64,000 bases of DNA from Calditrichales bacterium. Its GTDB lineage: Bacteria > Calditrichota > Calditrichia > Calditrichales > J004. Below, one piece after another: positions 61,489 through 64,000 of the stretch. The DNA lies in the NCBI GenBank assembly GCA_965267575.1, contig OZ254086.1, forward strand, positions 2,880,001 to 2,944,000. The letters are read 5' to 3'. Positions within the stretch are counted from its first letter, which is position 1. Each line of letters begins with the position of its first letter. The notes beneath the pieces were generated by a model. It saw only the letters and a program-made list of their open reading frames with translations, did not search any database and was not told the origin of the DNA. Made by a program: the position numbers and the translations under genes.

Positions 61489-64000
61489 ATGAGTAAGCCA
61501 GACAAACAATCCAAAAACACCTGGAAGTGGGTGCTGTTTCTGTTCCTGGGGCTGCTGTTTGCCGCCAGCCTCATTGTCTTCAGTGGCTACAACATGCTAA
61601 AAAACAGTCGCTGGGTGGAAGAGCGCGTCCAGGACTGGCTGCGTGACAATCTGCACCCGCAGGCCGAACTTCGCTACACACCGATCCGCGGCACATTGTT
61701 TGGTGATATCATCTTCGACCGGCTCCATTTTGATTATCCCGGTGTACTGAAAGTGAATGCCCGCAACCTGGAGTTGAATTTTTCTTTGCGCAGTGTGTGG
61801 CGCGGCGAGCCCCATATCAAAAAGGTGTCTGCCGATAGTTTGGGTCTATTTTTCTATGCAGCAAAAGACAGTGCGCCGCCAGGCAAAGAACAGCCCTTTG
61901 ATCTGCATGAGTTTTTGGGTGAAATGGACAATCCGCTGCATTTGGATTCCGCGCTTGCCGGTCTGCCCGTTATTACGCTGGATGAGCTGGAAATAGAAGC
62001 GGCCGCGCTAAGCGTGGAGCAATCGGAATTGCAGCTTGAAAACGTTGTGCTGCGTGCAAGCGGATGGACGCGCCCCGGGGCAGCATCTTTTGATCTGAAA
62101 AAGGGCGCGCTGAACTGGCCGCAAAGGGGCTTGCAGGTCGCCGGCCTGAGTTTTAAGGCCAAAGCCGACAGCAACGGGGCGCTGCTTCAGGATTTGCTGC
62201 TGGAGAGCAATGTGGCCTCCCTTGCGGGCAGCGTTGAACTGGTTGACGGAGCGGGGCCGCGCTTTAAGCTGGATTTTGGAAATATCCGTGTTTCCGGGAA
62301 AGAGTTAGGCCGCTTAACGCAAAGCAAAACCAGGGCCAGGGGCGGGGTGCAAGGTGCGCTCAAAGCTTCGGGCCGCTTTACCGATTTTGAGCTGGCGTTG
62401 CGCGCCGATGGCTCCTGGGCCGGCTATAACTGGGGCCGGGCCGCGGTAGAGGGTGCTTACCGTAACGGACGCATTCAGCTAAAAAAACTGGATGTAAACG
62501 GACCTTTGGGCAAGGTGCGCGGGAACGGTTTGTTCACCTCATCCCGGCAGGCCAAAGGCGAGCTCTATTTTGACAATATCAATCTGAATAACATCGACAC
62601 GGCGCTGGCGGTATCGCATTTTAACGGTAATGTTAATTTTGACCTGTCGCTCTTGGAGCTGTCGCGTCCAGCCGGCACAGCAGGCATAGTGCTGTTAAAC
62701 AGCCATTACGATCAGTACCGGGTGGATTCGCTGCGTTTTGCCCTCAACGGCGATCGTGACAATCTGAAAATCGTAGCGCCTTCTTTTGTCAAGTTCGACC
62801 GGCAGGCGCGGTTTGATCTACGCGGTGACTTGAGCGGAGGCAAAAGGCTAAATGTCCAGGTAATTACCGAACGGGGCGATCTGAACAGCCTGCTGACCGC
62901 GGTGGGCGTCGATTCGATCTATGGCAGGTACCACGCGGATGTGCGGCTGTTTGGCAATCTTAAAAACCCCAACCTGAACGGACGCCTGTGGATTTCCGAT
63001 TTCAGCTATGATGAGGTACAGCTGGACAGCATGGCGCTGGATGTTCTCGTAACCCGTTTACTGGAAGGACGCAAGGGGAGTGCCAATTTTATCATAAACG
63101 AGGGCATGGCTTATGGTATCCCCGTGCGCGACAGCCGCATCCAGGCGGCCATCGAAAAGGATACAATCCGCGTAAGCAAAGCAGCCATTTACAGCAACGA
63201 GAATTTTATAGAGACAGCGCTTACCGTAAAACTGCTTTCCGATGAAATTGAGATAAGCCTGCAGAAACTGCGGCTGGAATACGAACAATATTGGCTGAAA
63301 AGCGACAGCACCTTTTATGTGCACATCACCGATAGTGCGGTGGATGTGCCGGCCTTTGATCTGCACGGTCCGCAAAACGCATTGCTGCGAGCCTCCGGAC
63401 GTTATGATAAAATCCGCGGGGACGCCCGTGCTGAAGCCGGTATGCGCAATGTCCGCTTGGAGCCGTTTAAACAATTTATGGGCGAAAGGCACATAGCCTC
63501 CGGCGAGTTATCCGGCTACGCCTTTGTGGATTCTATCCTGACCGAACCGGTGGGGCAGTTTAACCTGGATGGCAAAGAGCTTGTTTACAATGGCGTGGAG
63601 TTGGGGCAGTTCCGCGCGGATGTGGACTATGCGAGGCGCAAAATATTTATTCGCGATTTGTTTATTAAGCACGATTCCTCGCTGGTGGAAGTGACCGGTG
63701 ATCTCAACCTGAACCTCGAGAAAAAACGAGGCGCACAACTACTTGATATCATCAGTGACACGCGCACCGATCTGCAAATCCGCTGGGACAATGTTAAACT
63801 CGGGCATTACGCGTCGTTGCTGCCGCTGCGCTATGCTATGAAGGGCGAGGTGAGCGGTTATATCGAGGTGGAAGGTACGGTCAACGATCCCTTTATGCGC
63901 CAGTCTCTGCGCGCCAGCCGTTTTTCGTATGACAAGTTTAATGTCGATTCGCTGGTGATGTTTGGCCAGTACAGCGGCGGCTACCTCATTCTGGACAGCC
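61489..64000 (+). CDS. TamB/AsmA-like protein, truncated by window end
   Basis: Not in the ORF track (no stop in window). ATG 61489: MSKPDKQSKNTWKWVLFLFLGLLFAASLIVF anchor, then long beta-rich sequence; last line still reads in frame. Confidence 0.75.
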   Translation, partial: MSKPDKQSKNTWKWVLFLFLGLLFAASLIVFSGYNMLKNSRWVEERVQDWLRDNLHPQAELRYTPIRGTLFGDIIFDRLHFDYPGVLKVNARNLELNFSLRSVWRGEPHIKKVSADSLGLFFYAAKDSAPPGKEQPFDLHEFLGEMDNPLHLDSALAGLPVITLDELEIEAAALSVEQSELQLENVVLRASGWTRPGAASFDLKKGALNWPQRGLQVAGLSFKAKADSNGALLQDLLLESNVASLAGSVELVDGAGPRFKLDFGNIRVSGKELGRLTQSKTRARGGVQGALKASGRFTDFELALRADGSWAGYNWGRAAVEGAYRNGRIQLKKLDVNGPLGKVRGNGLFTSSRQAKGELYFDNINLNNIDTALAVSHFNGNVNFDLSLLELSRPAGTAGIVLLNSHYDQYRVDSLRFALNGDRDNLKIVAPSFVKFDRQARFDLRGDLSGGKRLNVQVITERGDLNSLLTAVGVDSIYGRYHADVRLFGNLKNPNLNGRLWISDFSYDEVQLDSMALDVLVTRLLEGRKGSANFIINEGMAYGIPVRDSRIQAAIEKDTIRVSKAAIYSNENFIETALTVKLLSDEIEISLQKLRLEYEQYWLKSDSTFYVHITDSAVDVPAFDLHGPQNALLRASGRYDKIRGDARAEAGMRNVRLEPFKQFMGERHIASGELSGYAFVDSILTEPVGQFNLDGKELVYNGVELGQFRADVDYARRKIFIRDLFIKHDSSLVEVTGDLNLNLEKKRGAQLLDIISDTRTDLQIRWDNVKLGHYASLLPLRYAMKGEVSGYIEVEGTVNDPFMRQSLRASRFSYDKFNVDSLVMFGQYSGGYLILDS

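Overview
Gene-dense bacterial chromosome segment with about 46 CDSs. I found no rRNA, tRNA, CRISPR array, transposase or prophage. A Por/T9SS-type C-terminal sorting domain, S46/S9 peptidases, IcmF and many lipoproteins suggest an FCB-group or Calditrichota-like diderm (inference). Most genes are housekeeping or envelope functions: phoR-like kinase, CDF transporter, hutG, cmoAB, mgsA, LonC-like protease, nfo, DPP7/DPP4, hybrid kinase, icmF, SSADH, UbiB/YihY/TamA/TamB, MCP, ahcY, typA, trkAH, M48 protease and a second TamB-like gene cut by the window end. The strongest candidate for an undescribed system is 49661-50848. It is an ECF sigma factor fused to a SahR-type class I SAM-binding (methyltransferase-fold) domain, directly upstream of ahcY, and may be a one-component sigma factor sensing SAM/SAH. 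Other notable items are a family of mosaic intergenic repeats (two ~200-bp copies bracket trkAH as direct repeats), a REP-doublet cluster after typA, an AT-rich PEGA plus tandem cohesin-like lipoprotein cassette, an anti-SD-bearing ahcY 3' UTR and an unannotated HExxH protein. All calls come from motif recognition by eye; no database searches were run.
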